A DNA stretch of 38,659 nt from Myxococcota bacterium (lineage in GTDB: Bacteria; Myxococcota_A; Polyangia; Polyangiales; Sandaracinaceae), in assembly GCA_036149055.1 (NCBI GenBank), contig JAYZQJ010000148.1, positions 1 to 38,659 of the forward strand, read 5' to 3'. The translations under genes were made by a program, and so were the position numbers. This document shows, piece by piece, positions 1 through 12,419 of this stretch. The notes under the pieces were generated by a model. It saw nothing but the letters and a program-made list of their open reading frames with translations, was not told the DNA's origin and did not search any database. Within the stretch, counting starts at the first letter, position 1. Each line of letters begins with the position of its first letter.

Positions 1-11
1 CCGCGGCAGCG

Positions 12-223
12 GGCGGCCAGCTCGCGCGCAGCGCGAGCGCGAGCCGCAGGGGACCCAGCGCCTCGCGCTGGGGTCGGGGCCGAGCGGAGCGAGGTCCCGG
101 AGTGGGTAGGGGGGGCCCCGCGGAGCCGGTGCAGCGGTCACCGCGTAGGCTGCGGAGCAGCCGGAGTGGTGACCGTTGTGCCGGCGCAGCGGGGGGGCGG
201 GGGCGGACCCGCCCCTGCCCAAG
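12..223. repeat. Palindromic dispersed repeat (REP/MITE-like), copy A
   Basis: The reverse complement of 12-119 aligns with 27324-27440 (shared blocks ggggcccccc..actccg, ccccagcg..ggcgctggg, cctgcggctcgcgct, gctggccgcc). Both copies continue with the same hairpin-GGGGGG-hairpin-CAAG layout. Confidence 0.65.
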
Positions 224-227
224 AAAC

Positions 228-794
228 TCAGACCGTCCAGCGGATCGCGAACTCCATGTCCACGACGGGGACGCCGTGGGCGTCGCCGCTGGCCTTCGGG
301 GTGGCCTCGAGCTCGCAGGTCTTCGCGCCCGCCTTGGTGACGACCACCCGGGCGTAGGCGTCGCAGACGGTGGCGTACCAGGGGAAGATCGCGCGCGGCA
401 GCCCGCGCGAGACCCCGCGCACCTCGTTGCCTTCGGCCTTCCGGGTCTCCACCTCGGTGAAGTCCTCGTACTGGCTGACCAGCCGGGGCAGGCGCGTGGC
501 CACCGCCTCCGGCGAGGCGAACGCGAGCAGCACCTTGTAGACGCCGCCCACGTCGCGCGCCGCCTGCGCCTCGCTCCGCACCCGCACGAAGTCGAGGTAG
601 CCCTGGCTGGTGAGCCGACCGCAGGCGATCCCGGCGACGGCGAGCGGGAAGACGTCGTAGAGGCTCGCGGCCAGGAAGGGCTGCTCGAAGAACGCGCGCC
701 CCTTCGGCTCGAGCGCGCCGAGCATCGCGTCGACCCCGCCGGGCACGTGCTGGGCGACGTAGTCGAGGTGCCCGCGGAACGCCGTCCCCTTCAT
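228..794 (-). CDS. Hypothetical protein (myxobacterial-type, family uncertain)
   Basis: 188-aa ORF with GC3-rich codons and protein-like composition; overlapping + frames are Arg/Pro-rich shadows. Confidence 0.75.
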   Translation of the reverse strand: MKGTAFRGHLDYVAQHVPGGVDAMLGALEPKGRAFFEQPFLAASLYDVFPLAVAGIACGRLTSQGYLDFVRVRSEAQAARDVGGVYKVLLAFASPEAVATRLPRLVSQYEDFTEVETRKAEGNEVRGVSRGLPRAIFPWYATVCDAYARVVVTKAGAKTCELEATPKASGDAHGVPVVDMEFAIRWTV

Positions 795-892
795 GCGGAA
801 GGGCGATCTCCCGGCTCGAACGGGAGAGAGAGCAGCTCACGCGAGCCGTCGTTCACGAAGCGCAGGACCACCGAAGACCCCCGCCATTCAGC

Positions 893-1702
893 TTACACGA
901 CGCGCCGCGGGATTCCGTCGGCCGACCGAGGCGGGGTGCGGCGCCGGTAGGCCTCGTAGAGGAGCAGGCTCCCGGCGACGGCGACGTTGAGCGAATCGAG
1001 GCCGGGCTCCATCGGGATGCGGACCATGCGGTCGCAGGCCGCCCGCAGCTCCGGGCCGAGCCCGCGCCGCTCCTCCCCGAAGGCGACGGCGCAGCGCCCG
1101 GCGAAGGGCTCGCTCCGGAAGTCCCGGGCCGCCTCCGCGCTCGCGCCGACCACCGTCACGTCCCGCGCCCAGCGCCCGAAGCCGGCGAGGGTCGCGCGAT
1201 GCACCGGGAGCGTGAAGACCGCGCCCATGCTCGCCCTCACCACCCGCGGATCGAAGGGATCGACCGCGTCGCCGAGCAGCACCAGGCCGTCGACGCCGGT
1301 CGCCCGCGCGGTGCGCAGCAAGGTGCCGAGGTTGCCGGGCGAGCGCACCTTCTCGACGACCAGGAAGAGCGAGCCGTCGCGCGGCAGCCGGCGCCAGCGG
1401 GGGCGCACCACCCCGATCAGCCCGTCCGGGGAGGCGCGCGCGCTGAGCGCCGACATCTCGGCCTTCGAGAGGCGCGTGACCGGGGCGTCGAGCCCGCGCA
1501 CGAGCCGTCGCGCGGTGGCGCCGCGGCAGAGCGACGGGCACCACAGGAGGCCCTCGATCCGCAGCCGCGCCTCGAGGGCGCGCCGGACGAAGCCGACGCC
1601 GTCGGCGACCGCGAGGCCGGTGGCGTCGCGAGCGGCCCGGTCGGCGAGGAGCCGCGCGGTGAGCGCGGGCAGGGAGGTGGAGGAGAGAGGCGCCTCCGTC
1701 AT
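893..1702 (-). CDS. TrmH/SpoU-family RNA 2'-O-methyltransferase
   Basis: SPOUT motifs VRSPGNLGTLLRTA, VRASMGAVF, FGEERRGL and IPMEPGLDSLNVAVAGSLLLYE. Confidence 0.92.
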   Translation of the reverse strand: MTEAPLSSTSLPALTARLLADRAARDATGLAVADGVGFVRRALEARLRIEGLLWCPSLCRGATARRLVRGLDAPVTRLSKAEMSALSARASPDGLIGVVRPRWRRLPRDGSLFLVVEKVRSPGNLGTLLRTARATGVDGLVLLGDAVDPFDPRVVRASMGAVFTLPVHRATLAGFGRWARDVTVVGASAEAARDFRSEPFAGRCAVAFGEERRGLGPELRAACDRMVRIPMEPGLDSLNVAVAGSLLLYEAYRRRTPPRSADGIPRRVV

Positions 1703-1748
1703 CGGGACGGGAGGGCAGCCTCCGGGGTGAGAGAGGAGAGGTCGTGGT

Positions 1749-2552
1749 TCATCGGGGAGCGGTGGTGAGGAACGCCATGGCGAAGATGAGCGCGTAGGCC
1801 AGGAACGCGCCGCCGAACAGGACGACGCGGTAGATCAGGGTAGCGCCGAGCGCCCACTCGGTGCTGCAGCGGTGGGTCTCGCGGACGCCGATCGTCTCGA
1901 GGGTCAGCATCCAGAAGAGGCCGAAGAAGCCGGCCAGCGGCACGAAGCTCCAGACGTAGGGCGCGTTCGCGTACGAGACCGCGCGGAGCGTGTCCTCGAA
2001 CGAGCCTCGGGTGCGCTTGAAGACCGCGAGGAACGCGTGCGCGCAGGCGCCCGCGATGACGATGTTGAGCAGCGCGTTCGGCGGCCCGATGAGGAGCGCC
2101 AGCGGGCTCAGCCCGGCGAAGAAGCAGCCGTAGAGGCCGAGGAAGCCGCCGATCGCCTCGCCGTCCGGGATGACGACGGCCGCGACGCCGCCGCCCAGCG
2201 CCATCAGGAGGCCGGTCACCACGTACGTCAGCATCAGCCCGATGGTCGACGAGAGCACCCCGTGGGCCACCGCCGAGAAGCTGCTCGGGGCCGTCGTCGG
2301 CGTCCGGTAGAAGCGCTTCGGCTCGAGCATGGCGAGCCTCACCGTGCTCCAGTAGCTCTTCCAGTTGCCGAGCTCCTTGCGCCGCTCCCAGGGGATCGGC
2401 TCGGCCAGCCCCCCGGCGGCGCACGCGCGACAGACCTCGCGCTCCGGCAGGCTCGAGAAGACGCAGTCCGGGCAGCCGAAGGTGCCGCAGCGGCTGCAGG
2501 TGAAGGTGGCCTCGGCCTCGTGGACGCCGCAGAGGGCGCCCGGCGGGATCAG
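1749..2552 (-). CDS. YIP1-family membrane protein with N-terminal B-box-like Cys/His zinc finger (start uncertain)
   Basis: Distal part of the 553-aa ORF: CGVHEAEATFTCSRCGTFGCPDC..CRAC, IPWERR, then about five hydrophobic helices. The start is placed at a CTG overlapping the upstream TGA. Confidence 0.75.
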   Translation of the reverse strand: MIPPGALCGVHEAEATFTCSRCGTFGCPDCVFSSLPEREVCRACAAGGLAEPIPWERRKELGNWKSYWSTVRLAMLEPKRFYRTPTTAPSSFSAVAHGVLSSTIGLMLTYVVTGLLMALGGGVAAVVIPDGEAIGGFLGLYGCFFAGLSPLALLIGPPNALLNIVIAGACAHAFLAVFKRTRGSFEDTLRAVSYANAPYVWSFVPLAGFFGLFWMLTLETIGVRETHRCSTEWALGATLIYRVVLFGGAFLAYALIFAMAFLTTAPR

Positions 2553-3013
2553 AACTTCCCCGTCACCGACAGGAAGGTCATCTTGTCGTTCGTCTCGCGC
2601 AGGCGGGACGAGAGCGTCTTCACGAAGTTCCACAGAATCTCGTAGGCCAGATCCTTGTCCAGAAAGAGCAGGTCTTCCAGCGCGCTCTTCGTCAGGACCA
2701 GGAGGCGGCAGCGTTCGTGCACCCGCGCGTCCGCGCTGCGCGGGAAGTCGTCGATGAGGGACATCTCGCCGAAGGCGGCGCCGGCCCCCAGAACCGCCAG
2801 GGCCTCCTCCCCCATTCCGGAGACCTCGCGGCTGATGCGCACCTTCCCGTCGAGGATGAGGTACAGCTTGTCGCCCACCTCGCCCTCCTTGAAGATGATG
2901 TCGCCCAGCCGGTAGCTCTCCTCCGAGCAGATCGCCGCGATGCGGGCGATGCCGTCCGGGTGGATGCCCGCGAAGAGCTGGACCTTCGAGAGCGTCTCGG
3001 CGACGTCGGCCAT
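2549..3013 (-). CDS. Cyclic nucleotide-binding domain protein (Crp-like, no HTH)
   Basis: Motifs IFKEGEVGDKLYLILDGKVRI and FGEMSLIDDFPRSADA. Confidence 0.92.
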   Translation of the reverse strand: MADVAETLSKVQLFAGIHPDGIARIAAICSEESYRLGDIIFKEGEVGDKLYLILDGKVRISREVSGMGEEALAVLGAGAAFGEMSLIDDFPRSADARVHERCRLLVLTKSALEDLLFLDKDLAYEILWNFVKTLSSRLRETNDKMTFLSVTGKF

Positions 3014-3058
3014 GGCTTCGGATGGTATCGAGCCCGCGCCGACGTCGCCAGATCGCGA

Positions 3059-4012
3059 TCACGACTCGGTGAGCTCGTTCTCCGCGAGCCAGCGCTCCGC
3101 CTCGATCGCGGCCATGCAGCCGGTGCCGGCGGCGGTGACCGCCTGGCGGAAGACGTGGTCCTGGACGTCGCCGCAGGCGTACACGCCCTCGAGGTTGGTC
3201 AGGGTCGAGTCGGGCTTGGTGATCAGGTAGCCGTTGTCGTCGGTGTCGAGCCAGTCGCGGAAGACCTTCGTGCTCGGGATGTGCCCGATCGCCACGAACA
3301 TGCCGGTGCAGGGGATGACCTTCTGCTCCTGGGTCTTCGTGTTCTGGACCTCGACCCCGGTGACCTCGCCCTTCTCGACGTCGAGCACCTTGGTCACCAC
3401 GGTGTCCCACTCGAAGTGGATCTTCGGGTTCTTGAAGGCGCGCTCCTGCATGATCTTCGAGGCGCGGAGCTCGTCCCGGCGGTGGATGACCGTGACCTTC
3501 TTGCAGAGGCCGGCGAGGTAGAGGGCCTCCTCCATCGCGGTGTCGCCGCCGCCGATGACGGTGACCTCCTGGTCGCGGAAGAAGTACCCGTCGCAGGTCG
3601 CGCAGGCGCTGACGCCGCGGTTCTTGAGGGCGTGCTCGCTGTCGAGCCCGAGCCAGCGGGCCGAGGCGCCGGTCGCGATGATGATCGCGTGGCCGACGTA
3701 CTCGTCGTCGCCGACGTAGACCTTGTAGGGGCGCTCCGAGAGGTCGACCCGGTCGACGTCCGCGGTGATCAGCTCGGTGCCGAAGCGCTCCGCCTGGTCG
3801 CGGAACTTCTTCATCATGTCCGGGCCGGTGACGCCCTCGGGGAAGCCCGGGTAGTTCTCCACGTCGGTGGTGAACATGAGCTGACCGCCAGGGATCATGC
3901 CGTCCATCATCTGCCCTTCGATGCAGAGCGGCTTGAGGTTCGCGCGGGCGGCGTAGATGGCGGCGGTGAGCCCGGCGGGGCCGGAACCGATGATGATGAC
4001 GTTGCGAGGCAT
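3059..4012 (-). CDS. trxB: Thioredoxin reductase
   Basis: IIGSGPAGLTAA, GGQL..TTDVENYPGF, CATCDG active site, GGGDTAMEEA; ATG at 4012. Confidence 0.97.
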   Translation of the reverse strand: MPRNVIIIGSGPAGLTAAIYAARANLKPLCIEGQMMDGMIPGGQLMFTTDVENYPGFPEGVTGPDMMKKFRDQAERFGTELITADVDRVDLSERPYKVYVGDDEYVGHAIIIATGASARWLGLDSEHALKNRGVSACATCDGYFFRDQEVTVIGGGDTAMEEALYLAGLCKKVTVIHRRDELRASKIMQERAFKNPKIHFEWDTVVTKVLDVEKGEVTGVEVQNTKTQEQKVIPCTGMFVAIGHIPSTKVFRDWLDTDDNGYLITKPDSTLTNLEGVYACGDVQDHVFRQAVTAAGTGCMAAIEAERWLAENELTES

Positions 4013-4268
4013 GGGTCTCCGAGAGAGGAATGGGGCTCCGCCGACTTTTTGTCGAGCCCCTCGGCTCGTGGGCAAATGACCGTTCGAGCCTGGTTACGCC
4101 GGCTTTTTCGGACCCGGGCTCTAGCCCAAACGGGGGTCGGGGTGCAAATGAGATCCAGGGTGGGCTTGACGTAACGGGCTCGCTACACTGAAAATCATAG
4201 CGCTATCGCTCTTCAAGGGTCCCCACGTCGGGGGCTGAGGGGAGGGGCGACGTGTCTGGAGGGGGGCC

Positions 4269-4871
4269 TTGCTGACACAGAAGCAGTTGGAGATCGTGGA
4301 AAGACTCGTCGAGGTCGATCCGATTCGCACCTACCCGCACAGGGGAGCGGAACAGGTCGCGAATCTGATTGGGGCGAACGGTTATCGCCTGGAGCTCGAT
4401 GACGACGTGCACGAAAGTGAGCCGGCGCCAAACGGGCCGGCGGCCATCTCGTTGACGCTCGAAGGCGGGAACGAACGGCTGGGGACCCTCCACCTCTACG
4501 GGATGCTGTCCGAGGACGACAAGCAGCTCGCGAGGTGGGGTGGGCGAATCCTCGGCAAGACGTTGCGTTGCTGCCATCGACTCGACGAGCAGAACACACA
4601 GCGAACGTACGAGGACGTTCAAGCGATGCTCGCAAAGACACCGCTGACACCTCGGGAGCGCGATGTGGTCGGCCGCCTGCTATCGGGGGCGTCGACGAGG
4701 CAGATCGCAGAGAGCACGGGACTCACGGTCGCGACCGTGAACACGTACTTGAAGCGCATCTTCGCCAAGCTCGGAGTGCACAGTCGGGTGGAGCTCGTTG
4801 CTCGCGTCACCGGGACGCGGGGGGTGGTGCCGCCCGGCCCAAAAGCCAAAAGCGAGGGACCTCAGCCGTGA
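4269..4871 (+). CDS. LuxR-family HTH transcriptional regulator
   Basis: C-terminal LTPRERDVV..G.STRQIAESTGLTVATVNTYLKRIFAKLGVHSRVEL; TTG start preceded by GGAGG. Confidence 0.88.
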   Translation: MLTQKQLEIVERLVEVDPIRTYPHRGAEQVANLIGANGYRLELDDDVHESEPAPNGPAAISLTLEGGNERLGTLHLYGMLSEDDKQLARWGGRILGKTLRCCHRLDEQNTQRTYEDVQAMLAKTPLTPRERDVVGRLLSGASTRQIAESTGLTVATVNTYLKRIFAKLGVHSRVELVARVTGTRGVVPPGPKAKSEGPQP

Positions 4872-5015
4872 CGACGGCAGAGATCCCTTCGCATCACTGA
4901 AGACATCCCCATCGCGGTGACCCGACGGGGCCCGCGTCGTCGTTCGGCGAGGGTAGAGGCGAGAGCTTCCCCTCGCCGAGCGTCGTTCCGTCCGTCCCTG
5001 TGATAGGTGACGGGC

Positions 5016-5888
5016 ATGCAGAACGACTTCTTCGGGAGCGCGATCGCGACCGTGCGCGAGAACTGGTTGGCCTGGCTCACCGGGCTCGCCGTCGCCCTCT
5101 TCATCCTCTTCCTCGGCTGGCTGCTCGCCCGCCTCGCCGCGGGCGCCACCCGGCGGGCGATGCTCCGGACCCACGCGAAGTCGCTCGCGCCGATGATGTC
5201 CACCCTCGTCCGGGTGCTCGTGTTCACCACCGCGTGCGTCACCGCCCTCGACCAGGTGGGCTTCGATGTCACCACCGTGCTCGCCGGCGCGGGCGTGCTC
5301 GGCCTCGCCATCGGCTTCGGCGCGCAGACCCTGGTCAAGGACTGCATCAGCGGCTTCTTCATGGTGGTCGAGAACGTCCTCGAGGAGGGGGACTGGGTCG
5401 ACGTCGACGGCAAGTTCGGCCAGGTGACCTCGGTCGGCCTGAGACTCACCCAGCTCCGCGCCTTCGACGGAACCCTCTGGCACGTGCCCAACGGCGAGGT
5501 GAAGATCGTCGGCAACCTCAGCAAGGAGTGGGTGCGGGTGGTGGCCACCGTGGGCATCGCGTACGAGGCCGACCTCGCCAAGGGCCTGAAGGTGCTCCAG
5601 GAGATCGCGGACGACTTCCGCGAGAAGCACGCCGACCTCTGCTACGAGGGCGACCCGCCGGTGGCGCAAGGCGTCGTGAGCCTCGACGACTCGTCGGTCG
5701 CGCTCCGGCTCGTGGCCCGCGTGAAGCACGGCCAGAGCGGAGACCTCTGGCCGCTGCAGCGCGAGGTCTATCGGGCCATCAAGGAGCGCTTCGACGCCGA
5801 GGACATCGAGATCCCGTTCCCGCGGCAGGTCGTCTACCACAAAAGCGAGGCCGGCGAGGGCGTCCGCGTGATCACGGAGGCGGCGTGA
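5016..5888 (+). CDS. Small-conductance mechanosensitive channel (MscS family)
   Basis: [38 protein letters not shown] and IEIPFP motifs. Confidence 0.93.
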   Translation: MQNDFFGSAIATVRENWLAWLTGLAVALFILFLGWLLARLAAGATRRAMLRTHAKSLAPMMSTLVRVLVFTTACVTALDQVGFDVTTVLAGAGVLGLAIGFGAQTLVKDCISGFFMVVENVLEEGDWVDVDGKFGQVTSVGLRLTQLRAFDGTLWHVPNGEVKIVGNLSKEWVRVVATVGIAYEADLAKGLKVLQEIADDFREKHADLCYEGDPPVAQGVVSLDDSSVALRLVARVKHGQSGDLWPLQREVYRAIKERFDAEDIEIPFPRQVVYHKSEAGEGVRVITEAA

Positions 5889-6379
5889 GCGACGAGCTGA
5901 CCCACCTCGACGACCAGGGCCGCGCCCGGATGGTCGACGTGAAGGAGAAGGCGATCACCGACCGCGAGGCGGTGGCCAGCGCGCGCGTCCGGATGCGGCC
6001 CGAGACGCGGGCGATGCTGCTCGGCGGCGAGACCCCCAAGGGCGACGTGCTCGCGACCGCCCGGATCGCCGGGATCCAGGCGGCGAAGCAGACGCCCTCG
6101 CTGATTCCTCTCTGCCATCACATCGCGTTGACGAGCGTCGAGGTCGCCTTCACGCCGGACGAGGACGGCGAGCGGATCCACGTCCGCGCCGTCGCCCGCG
6201 CGAAGGACCGCACCGGCGTCGAGATGGAGGCGATGACCGCGGCCAGCGTCGCGGCCCTGACCCTCTACGACATGCTCAAGGCGATCGACCGCGGCATGGA
6301 GATCGAGTCGGTCCGCCTCGAGGAGAAGCGAGGCGGCCGCTCCGGGCACTGGGTCCGAGAGGCCGGGGTCACAGGCTGA
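5885..6379 (+). CDS. moaC: Cyclic pyranopterin monophosphate synthase
   Basis: [53 protein letters not shown]; the GTG start overlaps the mscS stop. Confidence 0.95.
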   Translation: MSDELTHLDDQGRARMVDVKEKAITDREAVASARVRMRPETRAMLLGGETPKGDVLATARIAGIQAAKQTPSLIPLCHHIALTSVEVAFTPDEDGERIHVRAVARAKDRTGVEMEAMTAASVAALTLYDMLKAIDRGMEIESVRLEEKRGGRSGHWVREAGVTG

Positions 6380-7421
6380 GCCGCGCGCGGATGCTGCCCG
6401 TCCACTCGCCGATCGTCGGCCAGTAGTCGAGGTCGGCGGCGACGCCGACGACCGGCATCTGGGCGCCGAGGCGGATCCGGAAGGCCGCGTCGGGGTCGCG
6501 GTCGCCGAGCTGCCGGAAGACGACGCCCGCGCCGGCGAAGACGCCCGGGAGCAAGAGGATGAAGGGCGAGGCGGCCTCGACGACGACCGACTCCATGATC
6601 GAGTGGAAGTCCGTCTCGAACGCGGCGCTGACGAAGAGGTAGTCGGTGACGCCCAGCTCGTAGGCGGCGCCGAGCGAGAAGCGCAGCTCGTCGTCCGACG
6701 CGTCGAGGGGGCCGGCGGCGCCCGCGAGCAGCACCGGGCCGCCCGCCTGGATCGGGAGCTCGCTCCCCGGATCGGGCTCGAGGGTGAGCGAGAGGCCCAC
6801 CCGATCGACGGCTCGTCGGGCGACGCCGACCACCTCTTCACCGGCGAGACCGACCACGACCGGGCCCGCGTCCGTGGCGTCGACGTGCACCGGGCCGCGG
6901 ACCTCGACCGCCTGCCCCTCGACGAGCGCGCCGGAGACCCCGTCCCCGCGCCGCCGCACCTCGCGCGACTCGCCGAGCAGGAGGTGTCGCATCGTCATCG
7001 GCGACATCATCAGGAAGAGGGTCGGCTCCACCTCGGTGCGCAGTCGCCGGGTCGCGCTCACCCGCACCGCCACCCGCTCCCCCCGGGCCAGCTCGAGCGG
7101 CGTCGAGAGGGGCTCGCCCTCGCCGTCGACGATCCGGGGCACGTCCGGCTCCGGTCCCCACCCGGGCCCCGCGGGCTCGAAGCGATCGAGGCGGGTGGGG
7201 CCGACCGCGACCAGCGCGAAGCGAGCCTCGACGTGGCAGCTCCCGCTCGGCGCGGGGTGGCCGGAGACGTCGCAGCGCACGGTCACCGAGACGTCCTCGA
7301 GGGCCACGCGACCGTGGGCCGCGAGGGCGGTCAGCGGCACGGGAGGCGCCGGGGGCGGGGGCGCCGCGGCGGCGAGCGCGGTGCGGGGGAGGGCGAGGAG
7401 GAGGAGGGGAAGCCAGCGCAT
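6369..7421 (-). CDS. Secreted hypothetical protein, possible C-terminal beta-barrel
   Basis: Signal-peptide-like [17 protein letters not shown] and amphipathic beta-strand-like C-terminus; real part of the 1213-aa ORF. Confidence 0.65.
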   Translation of the reverse strand: MRWLPLLLLALPRTALAAAAPPPPAPPVPLTALAAHGRVALEDVSVTVRCDVSGHPAPSGSCHVEARFALVAVGPTRLDRFEPAGPGWGPEPDVPRIVDGEGEPLSTPLELARGERVAVRVSATRRLRTEVEPTLFLMMSPMTMRHLLLGESREVRRRGDGVSGALVEGQAVEVRGPVHVDATDAGPVVVGLAGEEVVGVARRAVDRVGLSLTLEPDPGSELPIQAGGPVLLAGAAGPLDASDDELRFSLGAAYELGVTDYLFVSAAFETDFHSIMESVVVEAASPFILLLPGVFAGAGVVFRQLGDRDPDAAFRIRLGAQMPVVGVAADLDYWPTIGEWTGSIRARLSL

Positions 7422-7462
7422 GGGGACCCAACGTCCGCGGAGCGCCGAGCTTACACTCGGGG

Positions 7463-9016
7463 TCAGCGTCGCCGCTGGACGATGGCCTTCAGCTGCGCGA
7501 TCTCGGCCCCGCCCAGCTCTCGCAGCGCGAAGAGCGCGACCCCGTAGGCCACGAACCCGGCGGCGAGGGCGCCCAGGGCGGTGAGCGCCGTGTCGTGAGG
7601 GACGAAGCGGGCCACCGCGAAGCCCGCGGCCCCGGCGAGCAGCCCGCGCAGGGCGGAGAGCGGCGGGATGAACGCGCCGAAGGACCGCCACACCGCCGCG
7701 CCGACGAGCAGCAGCGCGAGCCCGGTGCCGATCGAGGTGCCGGTGGCGGTCGCGACCAGCGCCCCGTGGCCCTCGATGCCGGCGAGCGTGATCGCCACCC
7801 GGGTCGCCACCAGCACCACGCCGAGCGACACCACCGCGAGCACCGCCGCGACCCCGGGCCGGCCGCCGCCGGTGAGGATGGTCGCGCCGATGACGAAGAG
7901 GGCGAAGGCGACCATGCCGAAGACCAGCACCCCGAGCGCGTCGGCGCCCGCCAGGTAGGCCTCCGGGTAGGCGATGCGCAGCACCCCGGACGCCGCGCCT
8001 CCGATCGGGGTGGCGATCGCGAGCAGCACCAGGAGCGAGAAGCGCATCGCGCCGTGGATGTAGCGGCGGGCCGCCTCGTCGTCGCCGAGGCTGGTGGCCC
8101 GGCTGACGAAGGGGAAGACGATGAAGGTGACGCTGAGGATCAGCTGGTAGGGCACGAACGCGAAGGTCTGGGCCGCCCGATAGGTGCCCGCGAGCACGTC
8201 GGCGAGATCGGTGGCCGGGTCGCTCGTCATGCCCTGTGCCAGCGCGAGCTCGGTCGCGGTGCGCTTCAGCATCTGGAGGTCGATCTGGAGCATCCCGTTG
8301 AGCGAGGCCTGGTAGAGCCAGATCGGCGCCATGAACGCCAGCCATCGCTTCAGCGGCACCCCGCCTCCGCCCTTGCCGACGCCCACGACGAACAGGCCGA
8401 CGAGCAGGATCGACCCGGCGGCGAGACCGAAGCCGCTCATCGCGCCCAGGGCGCCGATGCCGAGCGCGGCCCCGCCGAGCAGCCCCGCCGTGCGCAGCAC
8501 CGAGAACGTCATGTCGAGCCGCGCCTGGTGCGAGAAGCGCCGCTGCCCGTTGAGGCTCCCGACCAGCGCCGCGTAGAGCGCGTAGGCGAAGACCACGCCC
8601 CCGGCGACCCGGATCAGCGGGGTGAGCGCGGCGTCGAGGAGCGCCTGCTCCGCGATCAGCGGCGCCGCGAGCGCGAGGCCGCCGCCGAGCAGGGTCCCGA
8701 TGAAGAGCTGGAGCTGCAGCCCCTGCCGCAGGGTCTGCGGGGCGCGCGTCTCGTCCTCGCTCACCAGCTTGCTCACCGTCTGCACGGTCGAGGCGATGAG
8801 CACGTTGTTGAGGATCGAGGCGGCGCCGAAGGCCACCGAGAAGAGGCCGAAGACCTGCTCGGAGCCGAACAGCCGGGGCAGCGCCAGCGCGACCGCGTAG
8901 GCGGTCACGATGAAGACGATCTTGCCGGCCGCGACCCAGACCAGGCCACGCCCCGCGTGTCGCGCCTCGTCGCGCGCGCTGTCCGCCTCCTGGGTCAAGG
9001 GCTGGCGGTTGTACAT
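7463..9016 (-). CDS. MOP-superfamily oligosaccharide/lipid flippase (polysaccharide biosynthesis protein)
   Basis: 517 aa with about 12-14 hydrophobic segments; GTYRAAQTFAFVPYQLILSVTFIVFPFVS is typical of Wzx/SpoVB-like flippases. Confidence 0.82.
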   Translation of the reverse strand: MYNRQPLTQEADSARDEARHAGRGLVWVAAGKIVFIVTAYAVALALPRLFGSEQVFGLFSVAFGAASILNNVLIASTVQTVSKLVSEDETRAPQTLRQGLQLQLFIGTLLGGGLALAAPLIAEQALLDAALTPLIRVAGGVVFAYALYAALVGSLNGQRRFSHQARLDMTFSVLRTAGLLGGAALGIGALGAMSGFGLAAGSILLVGLFVVGVGKGGGGVPLKRWLAFMAPIWLYQASLNGMLQIDLQMLKRTATELALAQGMTSDPATDLADVLAGTYRAAQTFAFVPYQLILSVTFIVFPFVSRATSLGDDEAARRYIHGAMRFSLLVLLAIATPIGGAASGVLRIAYPEAYLAGADALGVLVFGMVAFALFVIGATILTGGGRPGVAAVLAVVSLGVVLVATRVAITLAGIEGHGALVATATGTSIGTGLALLLVGAAVWRSFGAFIPPLSALRGLLAGAAGFAVARFVPHDTALTALGALAAGFVAYGVALFALRELGGAEIAQLKAIVQRRR

Positions 9017-9065
9017 CGACGCCGCTCACTTGACACCACCCGGCCGGGGAGGCGCCAATGCCCCC

Positions 9066-10154
9066 GTGGCTCGTGGCGACCAGCGCGACATCTTCCGTGG
9101 CCGCCTGATCCTCGCGGGCGTGCTCCTCGGCGCCGTCGTGCTCGTCGGCGGCGGCGGCTACTACGTGCTCGGCGACGGCCGCTGGAGCTTCGAGGAGATC
9201 TTCTACTTCACGGTCATCACGCTCAGCACGGTCGGCTTCGGCGAGACCCTGCCGGGCATGCACGACGTCCCCTACGCCCGCCTGTGGACGATCCTGATGA
9301 TCTTCATGGGCAGCGGGACGCTGCTCTACTTCATCTCCACCTTGACCGCCTTCATCGTCGAGGGTGACATCCAGGGCGCCATCCGGCGGAACCGCATGCA
9401 GAAGCGCATCGATCACCTCTCGGGCCACTACATCGTCTGCGGCGTCGGCAGCACCGGCATCCACTGCGTCGAGGAGCTCATCAACACCCACACCTCCTTC
9501 GTCGTGATCGATCGCGACGAGGAGCGGCTCCTGATGCTGGCCGACAAGTTCGGGCCTCAGCACTTCCTCTACGTCGTGGGCGACGCGACCGAGGACGAGG
9601 TGCTCGAGTCGGCCGGCCTCGGCCGATCGATCGGCGTCATCTCCACGCTGACCGACGACAAGGACAACCTCTACGTCACCGTCACCGCCTACCAGCACGA
9701 GCGCGCCCGGGCCGAGCGCGGCGAGTTCCGCATCGTGTCCAAGTCCATCGACCCCACCGCCCGCGGCAAGCTCCTCGCCGCCGGGGCGACCCGGGTGGTC
9801 TCGCCGTCCGAGATCGGCGGCATGCGCATGGTGAGCGAGATGGTGCGCCCGGCGGTCGTCGAGTTCCTCGACCTGATGCTGCGCGACCCCGAGAAGAACC
9901 TCCGGATCGAGGAGGTCTCGATCCCCGACGACTCCCCGTTGATCGGCGTCCGCCTCCGCGACACCGCGATCCGCGCCCGGACCCGGGTCCTCGTCATCGC
10001 GGTCAAGCACGGCGGCGAGGAGACGCGCTACACGTACAATCCGGGGCCCGACCTCGAGATCGAGAAGGGCATGATCCTCATCGTGCTCGCGGAGACGGTC
10101 GAGATGAACAAGCTCCGCGACGGGATCGCCCAGCGCAGCATCGGCAGGCTCTGA
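9066..10154 (+). CDS. Potassium channel with TrkA-N/TrkA-C (RCK) domains
   Basis: Pore motif FYFTVITLSTVGFGE, NAD-binding HYIVCGVGSTG, GDATE; start taken as GTG at 9066. Confidence 0.92.
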   Translation: MARGDQRDIFRGRLILAGVLLGAVVLVGGGGYYVLGDGRWSFEEIFYFTVITLSTVGFGETLPGMHDVPYARLWTILMIFMGSGTLLYFISTLTAFIVEGDIQGAIRRNRMQKRIDHLSGHYIVCGVGSTGIHCVEELINTHTSFVVIDRDEERLLMLADKFGPQHFLYVVGDATEDEVLESAGLGRSIGVISTLTDDKDNLYVTVTAYQHERARAERGEFRIVSKSIDPTARGKLLAAGATRVVSPSEIGGMRMVSEMVRPAVVEFLDLMLRDPEKNLRIEEVSIPDDSPLIGVRLRDTAIRARTRVLVIAVKHGGEETRYTYNPGPDLEIEKGMILIVLAETVEMNKLRDGIAQRSIGRL

Positions 10155-10276
10155 CGCCCGTGGACGGAGGGGCGGTTGACATCGTGTCAGCCATTGCCAA
10201 GTTGTGCCATGCGAACGCGGAGCCGGCCGAGCACGCGTTCGGGCAATCCACCGTTATCGTTGGCAATTCTCAGGGG

Positions 10277-10304
10277 TTGACCCCCACCTTCGGGTGATTA
10301 GATT
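10277..10304 (+). promoter_or_regulatory. Putative sigma70-type promoter for dnaK
   Basis: TTGACC-16 nt-TAGATT about 140 nt upstream of the dnaK ATG. Confidence 0.4.
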
Positions 10305-10442
10305 CGGCCGCGCCCCCCACAGGGGTGCCACATCTACGCGCGCCAGGACGGCGTCGCGGACATCACCGTCATCCCTGCGACTTGCGGCGCGGGAGCCTTC
10401 GTGAGAGAGGGCCCTGCCGAGCAACCCGAGAAGGAAGAGAAC

Positions 10443-12347
<1,905 letters not shown>

Positions 12348-12419
12348 CCTCGGCCCGGTCGAACGAGAAACGGCGCTCTCACCTCGCGGTGGGAGCGCCG
12401 TCTCCAATTCGGGCGGCCG

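Noticed and set aside
10194..10209. Sigma54 promoter or CIRCE upstream of dnaK
   Set aside because: TGGCACAACTTGGC on the minus strand has GG-GC spacing one base short and faces away from dnaK; no TTAGCACTC-N9-GAGTGCTAA is present.
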